Shown here in pieces: positions 26,453 to 34,044 of a DNA stretch of 38,660 nucleotides. The notes beneath the pieces are model-generated. The model did not search any database, was not told the DNA's origin, and saw nothing but the letters and a program-made list of their open reading frames with translations. Source of the DNA: a virus (lineage: Duplodnaviria; Heunggongvirae; Uroviricota; Caudoviricetes); the IMG/VR virus record IMGVR_UViG_3300034091_000309; one strand, written 5' to 3'. The stretch's first letter is position 1, and the number at the start of each line of letters is the position of its first letter. Both the position numbers and the translations under genes were made by a program.

Positions 26453-28491
26453 AACGCTGGATTCTGATTTTGGCCATGCTGTTGATCCCGACCGGGACGC
26501 TAGGGCAGACGGCGGCGGTGAACGGCTACTGCAACCTGGGTGCGGCGCAGGCCGTTACGTCGGGGTTGGATTCCAGCAACTATCTGCAGGGCATCGTCCC
26601 GAATTGCACAGTCATGATCTATTATACCGGGACAACGAACTTGGTTCCGGGAAGCGTGATTTACTCCAACAGCACCGGCACAATCCTCGGCAATCCATTC
26701 ACGGCCAACACGGACGGCTCCTGGCTGTTTTATGCGCTTACGGGAATTGGATACGACATTGTGCTGAGCGGCGGCAACCCTGTGCCTGTCTCGCCCTTCT
26801 GGCCAAAGACACTGACGGATGTATTTGCGGGCGGTGGTGGCGGGGGCGGTGGAGTCCAGTACCCAACGTCGAATACGCTTTTTGCCTTCTATGGAGAGTC
26901 CCGATTCATAGCGGGCAACCTGATTGTGGGCAGTACGAATAATTATATCGGCAACTTGCCCATGCAGTTTGCCACGCAGCCTTTCATCAACAAGGGCGGC
27001 GCAAATTCCGGGACCTTGACGATCACCAGTTGTCAGATCTCCGGCTCGAACGTAGCTACTGTAACGTATACCGGCACTCCAGAACCTTACGTCGGACAGA
27101 TCGTGCAGATTTCGGGCTTGAGTAGCCCCAATTGCTCGCCGCTTAATTCGGCGACCAGCCTGTTGGCCTACAATGTTTTGGCGACCGGCCTGACAGGCGG
27201 CAGTTTCTCATTCGATTTTATATCCAGTACGGTCCTTTCGACCCCGGATTCCGGCACAGCGACTCTGTATGGGAATGTGGTTAATCTGAGCATTCCTGGT
27301 GGCACGACAGCGAGCGCGATCTCGGGCTATGCGGCCAATGTGCATCCGTTCAGCCCGGCGGCCACCGGCAATCCTGGTTTCATCATTGACGAATTCGGCG
27401 CCCAGGACGTAATGAACGGAACTTCGGTGGCAACGATCGAAGCGAATATGCAGAGCCTTTGGAAGACTTATCGCGCTGACGGGTGGACCATTCTGCGCTT
27501 GTCGCTTTCGCCGGCATATTCCTTAATAGGATGTGGCCCAGATTGTTATCCGAATGAAATGGCGATCAACGATTGGTTATATGGTCAGAACGCGACTCCC
27601 ACGAACATAGCCGCCAATGCCGGTTACTATGACAGGCTCGTGGATATCGCCCAGATCCTCAATAACAACGGTGATTCTTATCTTTTTAGTGATGGCACTC
27701 ATTATTCCAGCGCGGGAGACCTGATCGGCGCGGCCTGGATCAATGCCGCGCTCACAAATCAAAACACCGTCCCGGCATCGAACTATGTCTGCAGCGCTCC
27801 ACTCAACTACTGTGCGGCTACAAATAATCAGAATCATTGGACGGTCAAGCAATGGTTCGATAATCCGACGGTTTGGGAAGATCCGGACTATGATAGAAAT
27901 CCGATGGATATTGGACTTTGGCCTAACCAAGCCGGCGACGACTATTTTCCATTTATAGCAGGGATCTATCGTGGCATCTACTCACATTGGGACTTTGAAG
28001 AGGACAATGTTATAAACGAGATTTTGGAAGGGACAAGCCAGCTTTGTTGGGTGAACTATTACGGCGGGCCAGATTGGGATCGGATGAAGGCCGGAACTAT
28101 CGGTTTGACAATTGATGCGTCTGGCAACTGGTTGAATGTGGGCGACTGTTCTACATCGGCGGCAGGCCACTACAACATGCCGATTCGCGCGGCCGGTCTG
28201 CAGTCTGGAGGGACTAAGTTCACGGCCAGCGGTTGCGGCGCTGGTACTACGGTTGGCGGCGCCACGGCAGGCAGCATCGCATTGGGAGCGAATAACTGTT
28301 CTCTTGTTGTCACTTTGAACGGGGCGACGGGCTTGTCTGCAAGCAATGGCTGGAGCTGCCATGCGAACGACGAGACGAGTCCCACGGTGATGATCCCGGA
28401 GGCGTCGAGTACAACAGCGACAGTCACCTTTGCGGTTCCGAACACAGCAGGTTCATCCGACACCATCGATTTCGAATGTACTGGATATTAA
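26449..28491 (+). CDS. Receptor-binding/fibre-like protein 1 with SGNH esterase domain and signal peptide
   Basis: FYGES (block I), GGTT (II), FGAQD (III), DGTH (V); N-terminal ~130 aa shared with 28821. Confidence 0.75.
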   Translation: MKRWILILAMLLIPTGTLGQTAAVNGYCNLGAAQAVTSGLDSSNYLQGIVPNCTVMIYYTGTTNLVPGSVIYSNSTGTILGNPFTANTDGSWLFYALTGIGYDIVLSGGNPVPVSPFWPKTLTDVFAGGGGGGGGVQYPTSNTLFAFYGESRFIAGNLIVGSTNNYIGNLPMQFATQPFINKGGANSGTLTITSCQISGSNVATVTYTGTPEPYVGQIVQISGLSSPNCSPLNSATSLLAYNVLATGLTGGSFSFDFISSTVLSTPDSGTATLYGNVVNLSIPGGTTASAISGYAANVHPFSPAATGNPGFIIDEFGAQDVMNGTSVATIEANMQSLWKTYRADGWTILRLSLSPAYSLIGCGPDCYPNEMAINDWLYGQNATPTNIAANAGYYDRLVDIAQILNNNGDSYLFSDGTHYSSAGDLIGAAWINAALTNQNTVPASNYVCSAPLNYCAATNNQNHWTVKQWFDNPTVWEDPDYDRNPMDIGLWPNQAGDDYFPFIAGIYRGIYSHWDFEEDNVINEILEGTSQLCWVNYYGGPDWDRMKAGTIGLTIDASGNWLNVGDCSTSAAGHYNMPIRAAGLQSGGTKFTASGCGAGTTVGGATAGSIALGANNCSLVVTLNGATGLSASNGWSCHANDETSPTVMIPEASSTTATVTFAVPNTAGSSDTIDFECTGY

Positions 28492-28537
28492 ATCAGGGTA
28501 GCCAAGGTTGGAGAGAACTGGGACCAGGGAGCAAGAG

Positions 28538-28609
28538 ATGGCGGCACGCGGCAACAACAACATTCAACTGGATAGTATCGCCAAGCTGGCGGCGGAGGTG
28601 CCGGCATGA
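28538..28609 (+). pseudogene. 5' fragment of a paralogue of the 31889 gene
   Basis: MAARGNNNIQLDSIAKLAAEVPA* versus MTVRRSNGVQLDNIAKLATEVAQ. Confidence 0.8.
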
Positions 28610-28824
28610 CGAAGAAACTCGGCCAAAAGAAGAGTGCACAGAAAAGCTCCGGCGGGGACGGAGCAACGGCTTCTCCATCCTCTTACCACCATGGCGGCAA
28701 GGTGCGCAGGACGGGCAAAGCGAAGGTCAGGAAGGGGGAAAGAATCCTGACTGCGAAACAGGACCGTGAGTACAGAAAGATCAGCAAAAGAAAGCCCGCG
28801 ACGAGAAAGAGGTATGCGAAGTGA
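28606..28824 (+). CDS. Basic protein, paralogue 2
   Basis: Near-identical to the C-terminal 72 aa of 26156; many differences are synonymous. Confidence 0.8.
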   Translation: MTKKLGQKKSAQKSSGGDGATASPSSYHHGGKVRRTGKAKVRKGERILTAKQDREYRKISKRKPATRKRYAK

Positions 28825-31820
28825 GAGGCCTGATTCTCATTTTGGCGATGGCGATCTTCCCGATCAGCGCACTGGCGCAGACGGCGGCGGCGAACGGTTA
28901 CTGCACTCTGGGCGGAGCACCGGCGGTGACATCAGGACTGTCCTCTTCAAACTATCTACAGGGCATCGTTCCGCTGTGCACGGTGACGGTGTATCTGACT
29001 GGCACACAGACCAAAGCGACGATCTACGCGGACTCGAACAATACGCCTCTGACAAATGGATTTACGGCCAACATAGACGGTTCATGGATGTTCTATGTGG
29101 CCAAGGGACCGGGATACGACATTGTGATGAGCGGCGGAACGCCACTACCTATCTCACCCTATTGGCCGAAAACAATCACAGATGTAATTACAGGCGGGGT
29201 GGAGGGCATCGGGATAGTAACCAATTTTTCAGCGGGCAATCTATCGCCTCTCTTTACAACTTCGGTGACTAATTCTTCCTCCACTCCGGCGTTATCATTT
29301 TCTCTTTCCTCTACCGGCAATTTCAACTTGTTTGGAAACTTCAGCGGATTGCCCGCTGTTCCTTCCTGGTGGACTCTGGCGGCAGGATCGAACATCGTGC
29401 TTACGCCTTCTGGCGGCGATGTTTTGACGATCTCATCAGGCGTGGCCGCAGGATTGAATCAGATGGTGCCCGCTCCGACAGTGGACAGCTATGGCTATGT
29501 GATTCTCTATCCTACTGCCTATAGTATTTCAAATTCTGGTTATTGCACAGGTGCGTCTACAAATACCAGCGGAGCGATAACAGAGTTCATCGGCACAGGC
29601 TTAGGCGCAGCTTGTGCGATCACTTACACTGGATTTAGCCTCCCCCCCGGCCTGCTTCCAGCAAACATCAAAGCGGTCTATGGGTTTACAATAGCGGGGT
29701 ATCAGGGCGACGATATTTATAAAAACAATCAAATAAAAATGACTTGCTCAGATGGCACATACGGAGGCATTTTATTTAACAACAGCCATATTGATTTTCC
29801 CATGAATCCTTATAGCTTGCAGATATACAATTCATCGCAAGCGCCGCCTTCTTTCAATTATGCAAATGCGTACTGCTCGGCCAGCCTTGTCGATTACGGG
29901 TCTGATGGATACCCCTCGCTCTATCAGATAAATTCTGTAGGTTTGATTGTCTATGGGGCTTTTACGACTCCGGCGCAGTCTGGATTACAGGTTGTTTTGC
30001 CACTCAGTTATAATGCCACGCTCGATACGCTTGGCCTGGGCTTAGTTCCTAGCTGGCTTTGGAGTCCAGGAGATTCTGGAACATCAGGTGGAACGGCTGA
30101 TGCCTATACTTTGACTTATCTGCAGCCAACACCGGGATACTCCCTTGGGTTGCAGGAAGTGTTCGTGCCGGTTGCGAATAATGCGACTACGACGCCGACG
30201 CTGAATGTGGATGGACTTGGAGCGGTGACGATCACCAAACTGGGCGCAACGGCTTTGGCGGCGAATGATCTAACCACGACGGCTCTTGCAGTGGTGATTT
30301 ACGACGGCACCCACTGGGAATTGCAAAACCCGCAAACGCAAAGCGGCGCGGGAACCGCCATCAGCATTAACGGAACATCCGTTAGTACGGCCAACATCAA
30401 TTCCACTGTGCCGAATGTCGATTCTGGTTATACTGCGGCAACGATTAAGCGCGACCCGACTACCGGCGGCGTCATCGCGGAATTTCCTACAGGCACAGGC
30501 AGCGGAGTTTCCAGCATCAACAGCACACCGGGAGCCTTTACATTCGCAGGAGCAGGGGTATCCTGCTCAGGAACTACTTGTTCTTTCAGCGCTGGCGGCG
30601 GCGGTGGTAGCAGTATCGACATATTGTCTCCTGGAAAACCGAGCGGCACGACATTAGGTACTTACCAGAAAGATGGCACAGTTATCGCAAGCAGCACATT
30701 GACTCTTCTGAGTTACGTTCCTATAACTATCACCGCATGGTCAATCAATGGCTCTAATGTAGCGACTTTTACCGCTAGTAATACCATGAATGCTGGACAA
30801 CAATATCTGCTCTCCGGATTTACGACCGGCTCTTTCTTTAATGGGCAGACAATCACAGTCTTAGCAGCGGGGCTTTCAAGTTCGCAATTTGAGGCCAATT
30901 TCACGCACGCTTCCGGCTCTGCCAGCGAATCGGGAACCGCCACCCCTCTTCCCGGCTATGTGAGCCGTGTCTGGGTGGCATTGCAGGGTGCTGATCCATC
31001 GAATTGCACAGTAAAAATCTTCATCAACGGTTCTGGAACAGCTTCTATTTCCGTGCCGCTGCAAAACTTCTTTTTGGCGACGTATGCTTATCAAAATGCA
31101 CAAGTCCCTTCTGCGCTTTCCACTTATTTCACGAGCTACAACCAGACAACGGGCACTGGCTCAACATATTCTTTCACACTTCCCATTCCCTTTACGACAG
31201 GCATACAGGTAGCCATCGTCAACACTACGGCTTCGACGCTTACCGACTGGTATATGGTGGACTACCACATGGGAGTGCCGAACACTTGGCCATATACGGA
31301 AGTTCTTCATGTGGATGTGAACACGGACGTAACAGGAATTACCGCGAATACAGTAACGACACTGACGAATTATACGGGCGGCAATCCAGGACGATTTGTA
31401 GGTATGTGGTGGCTGGAGGATAGTGCTCCCGGCTCCCTAAATCCTGTGGGAGCATCCATGGAAGGGGCATTTGCACTGTACCTCGATGGATCTGCAAGTC
31501 CAAACATTACATCATCCGGTACTGAGGACTGGTTCGGCTACGGATATTATTTTGGCGGGAACGGACTTCCTCAAACCTACTCATCGGCTCCTGGGGGACA
31601 GATTCCCGGTGGGTGGATGGACGCCAGCGGGCAGGTAACGATTATGAATATGGGCACCACAAACGGTAAAACTGACTCGGCTGTGCGCTATCACCTCATC
31701 GACCCGATTTATTTCAACTCCGGCCTGAAAATGACTTGGGCCTGCGGCAACACTTCCTATGTCTCATTCACCGGGACATGCACACTTTGGAGCACGGTGT
31801 TTTACTACACGCAGCAATAA
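28821..31820 (+). CDS. Receptor-binding/fibre-like protein 2 with C-terminal DUF2961/GH172-like domain and signal peptide
   Basis: PGYVSRVW, VKIFING, VPLQNFF, LPIPFTTGIQVAIVN, GRFVG, EGAFALYLDG, GTEDWFG, RYHLIDPIYF; tail-fibre domain ADAYTL..TPTLNVDGLG..IYDGTHW. Confidence 0.8.
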   Translation: MRGLILILAMAIFPISALAQTAAANGYCTLGGAPAVTSGLSSSNYLQGIVPLCTVTVYLTGTQTKATIYADSNNTPLTNGFTANIDGSWMFYVAKGPGYDIVMSGGTPLPISPYWPKTITDVITGGVEGIGIVTNFSAGNLSPLFTTSVTNSSSTPALSFSLSSTGNFNLFGNFSGLPAVPSWWTLAAGSNIVLTPSGGDVLTISSGVAAGLNQMVPAPTVDSYGYVILYPTAYSISNSGYCTGASTNTSGAITEFIGTGLGAACAITYTGFSLPPGLLPANIKAVYGFTIAGYQGDDIYKNNQIKMTCSDGTYGGILFNNSHIDFPMNPYSLQIYNSSQAPPSFNYANAYCSASLVDYGSDGYPSLYQINSVGLIVYGAFTTPAQSGLQVVLPLSYNATLDTLGLGLVPSWLWSPGDSGTSGGTADAYTLTYLQPTPGYSLGLQEVFVPVANNATTTPTLNVDGLGAVTITKLGATALAANDLTTTALAVVIYDGTHWELQNPQTQSGAGTAISINGTSVSTANINSTVPNVDSGYTAATIKRDPTTGGVIAEFPTGTGSGVSSINSTPGAFTFAGAGVSCSGTTCSFSAGGGGGSSIDILSPGKPSGTTLGTYQKDGTVIASSTLTLLSYVPITITAWSINGSNVATFTASNTMNAGQQYLLSGFTTGSFFNGQTITVLAAGLSSSQFEANFTHASGSASESGTATPLPGYVSRVWVALQGADPSNCTVKIFINGSGTASISVPLQNFFLATYAYQNAQVPSALSTYFTSYNQTTGTGSTYSFTLPIPFTTGIQVAIVNTTASTLTDWYMVDYHMGVPNTWPYTEVLHVDVNTDVTGITANTVTTLTNYTGGNPGRFVGMWWLEDSAPGSLNPVGASMEGAFALYLDGSASPNITSSGTEDWFGYGYYFGGNGLPQTYSSAPGGQIPGGWMDASGQVTIMNMGTTNGKTDSAVRYHLIDPIYFNSGLKMTWACGNTSYVSFTGTCTLWSTVFYYTQQ

Positions 31821-31888
31821 TTGGCAACGGGTTTTGCTGTCCCGAAGATCAGCGAGGGTGCTGGAGCAATAGGCCAAGGGGTACGAAG

Positions 31889-32227
31889 ATGACGGTACGT
31901 CGCAGCAACGGAGTTCAACTGGACAATATCGCCAAGCTGGCGACGGAGGTGGCCCAGGCGGCGCGGTTGCGCTCGGAGCAGGATGCTCTGATGCTGACCG
32001 AGCACGGCAAGATGCTGGGCGATATCCGGGAGACTCTGGCGCGGATCGACGGGCGGACCGAGGCTTACGGGCAGAACCTGACGCGCCTGGAAAAGAAAAT
32101 CGAGACGCAGCAGGATCAGATTGAGGTCCATAGCGAGGACATTAGCAAGATTAAGGGCTTCGGCGCCGCGATAGCTTTTCTGCTTTCGGTCGGGGAGGCC
32201 GCCATCGCCATTTTCAGAGGGAAGTAA
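31889..32227 (+). CDS. Coiled-coil protein with C-terminal TM segment (lysis-cassette type)
   Basis: IRETLARIDGR..LEKKIE coiled coil followed by GFGAAIAFLLSVGEAAIAIF. Confidence 0.7.
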   Translation: MTVRRSNGVQLDNIAKLATEVAQAARLRSEQDALMLTEHGKMLGDIRETLARIDGRTEAYGQNLTRLEKKIETQQDQIEVHSEDISKIKGFGAAIAFLLSVGEAAIAIFRGK

Positions 32228-32240
32228 GAAAGGACCGATC

Positions 32241-32378
32241 ATGAGTTGGCTGCGCAGACTTCGCATCTGGATCTTCGGTTGTCCGGAGTGCGGAGGCAGC
32301 GGCCGGCTCAATACCATTGCCGGAAGTTTTCCGTGCGTGTATTGCAACCGGCAGACAAAGAAAGAGGAATGGAGATGA
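32241..32378 (+). CDS. 45-aa Zn-finger peptide (below the ORF-track cutoff)
   Basis: SD aagga; MSWLRRLRIWIFGCPECGGSGRLNTIAGSFPCVYCNRQTKKEEWR; stop overlaps the next ATG. Confidence 0.7.
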   Translation: MSWLRRLRIWIFGCPECGGSGRLNTIAGSFPCVYCNRQTKKEEWR

Positions 32379-33304
32379 ACACGATGACAAACTGGTTCAA
32401 CAGGTTCACGGCCACGACACACTTCACCTTCGCGTCCGTCCTGCTGCTGGCTGGGGCGCTGTACGAGGCCTATTGGAATGTGCCGCAAGTGCAGACCTTG
32501 CTGCAGCACATCTACTCCGAAGTGCCGGGATGGGCGCAGTTGCTGATCGCCGCGGCTGTGGGCTGGTACGCTTGGTACCGGAACGGCGAGAAGCCAACAG
32601 TCAACCCCACGGATGATAGACCTGTCGCCGGGAACCCCGAGTCTGTGGGAACCCCGGCAGTTGCAAGCGCAACCGCGAAAAAGACAATTGCAATTCTCGC
32701 CATAGCGCTCTGTTTGAGCGCGGTGACGGCAAGAGCACAGACTCCAGCTCCCGCACCGGAGCCAGCGAGTCCTGCAGGGTTCGTTCCCGCGTCAGACGTG
32801 ATGGTGATCCGATGCAACGGGAGTTCGGGAGCCGGCAACCTGACGACCGAGGCTTACGACCTGTTCGACTACGGAGGAACGAAATCGAATCGGGTATTCG
32901 CTCAAGGCGTCGAACTCTCGGCGCCGAGCTGCGGCTTATCGGTCTATGGGGCCGGCCTTCTCTGGCAGCCGGATATCTCCGCGCTTTTGAAGAAGACGAA
33001 TATCCCGACGGGCAATCTGCTTTTCTTCCTGGATGGTTCTGCGGGAAACGGCATTCCGGCCACCGGGAGCAACCGTGTGTCGGCTGTGATCGGCGGAGGC
33101 TTTAAGTACATTCTTTCGGACAACCTGACCTGGAACACAATCAGGTTTGAAGAGGTGTTCTTCGGAAACCAACGGTATCCGGCGGTTTCTACCGGGCTCT
33201 CCGCTTACTTTGGAGGAACTCCAGCTTCCGCCGCCGCTTCTCCGAATGTAAAACGCTCTCTGATGAAGCGCCTGGCTTCCGCTGCGGCGCATGGAACACA
33301 CTAA
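32375..33304 (+). CDS. Holin-like 2-TM domain fused to an internal signal peptide and beta-barrel-like domain
   Basis: TM1 FTFASVLLLAGALY, TM2 WAQLLIAAAVGWY, then KKTIAILAIALCLSAVTARA|Q and alternating-hydrophobic strands ending STGLSAYF. Confidence 0.6.
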   Translation: MNTMTNWFNRFTATTHFTFASVLLLAGALYEAYWNVPQVQTLLQHIYSEVPGWAQLLIAAAVGWYAWYRNGEKPTVNPTDDRPVAGNPESVGTPAVASATAKKTIAILAIALCLSAVTARAQTPAPAPEPASPAGFVPASDVMVIRCNGSSGAGNLTTEAYDLFDYGGTKSNRVFAQGVELSAPSCGLSVYGAGLLWQPDISALLKKTNIPTGNLLFFLDGSAGNGIPATGSNRVSAVIGGGFKYILSDNLTWNTIRFEEVFFGNQRYPAVSTGLSAYFGGTPASAAASPNVKRSLMKRLASAAAHGTH

Positions 33305-33407
33305 GCGACTCTTTTGCGCGGCGGTCCCTTGAGGAAAGCGGGGATAGAAGAAGCCGAATGGCACATGCCCCCTGTTGGGCGGGAATCCCAACCAGCCGCG
33401 CAACTTG

Positions 33408-33443
33408 CCACCCCAACGGCCAACGACCAGCCGTTGGGGACCT
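33408..33443 (+). repeat. Hairpin repeat copy
   Basis: ccaccccaacggc caacgacca gccgttggggacc. Confidence 0.75.
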
Positions 33444-33467
33444 CGGATTTGAGAGTGGAGAACGAAG

Positions 33468-33656
33468 ATGCCCAGCGAAGAGATCATGGAGCGGTTCAGA
33501 CAGCATAAGTTGCATTCGGGCCGGGGCGGGAAGATCGTGCGCAAGAAGAAACAGGCCAAGGCGATCCTGCTGAGCTATCTGCGCAAGGAAGGAAAGATCG
33601 GTTCCAGAAAAAAGAACAAGACTGGGAACCGGAAAAGAGTTAGCATCAGGAAGTAG
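33468..33656 (+). CDS. Small basic protein, DUF6496-like
   Basis: MERFRQHKLHSGRGGKIVRKKKQAKAILLSYLRK resembles KLHSG..KQAIAIALS proteins. Confidence 0.7.
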   Translation: MPSEEIMERFRQHKLHSGRGGKIVRKKKQAKAILLSYLRKEGKIGSRKKNKTGNRKRVSIRK

Positions 33657-33671
33657 CAGCGCAATTGACAA

Positions 33672-33746
33672 GAGCGACATGCCACCCCTTCCTGGGGAAG
33701 AAGCAATGGCTCAAGACCGGCAACGGCTTGGGCCATTGCCGTTTCT
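33672..33746 (+). promoter_or_regulatory. RNA switch-like leader, copy 4
   Basis: GAGCGACATGC-CCCC/GGGG-AAGAAGCAATGGCTCAAG-loop-CTTGGGCCATTGC. Confidence 0.75.
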
Positions 33747-33762
33747 GACCAAGGAGTGAGCG

Positions 33763-34008
33763 ATGGCAAAGTTGACGACGAAAAAACGCAAGAAGCTGCC
33801 GGCGAAAAGTTTCGCGCTAAAGGGCCGGCGCTATCCGATCGAGGACAAGGCGCACGCCAGAAACGCTCTGGCGCGCGTGGCGCAACATGGGACGGCCGCC
33901 GAGAAGGCCGAAGTGCGGCGCAAGGTGCATGGGAAATTCCCCGATATCGGCGCGGGAAAAGCGAAGAAAAAGGGCGCACGGAAACGGATTGCGGGAAAGC
34001 GGAGCTAA
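33763..34008 (+). CDS. Small basic phage protein (DUF6582-like)
   Basis: KLPAKSFALKGRRYPIEDKAHARNALARVAQ; SD aaggag. Confidence 0.75.
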   Translation: MAKLTTKKRKKLPAKSFALKGRRYPIEDKAHARNALARVAQHGTAAEKAEVRRKVHGKFPDIGAGKAKKKGARKRIAGKRS

Positions 34009-34044
34009 TGGTTTCTAGCTAAAAGTTGTTCTTCGAAGGGACAC

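Noticed and set aside
26156-29200. Duplicated modules as a DGR template/variable repeat pair
   Set aside because: Differences are not adenine-specific, many are synonymous, and no reverse transcriptase is in the window
22056-32374. Upstream-extended starts in the ORF track (22056, 23585, 25306, 31736, 32246)
   Set aside because: The extensions run through repeats, hairpins or other genes; downstream ATGs have SD sequences or coupling
18459-33671. TTGAC(G/A) directly abutting switch copies 3 and 4 as promoters
   Set aside because: There is no plausible -10 at 16-18 nt spacing
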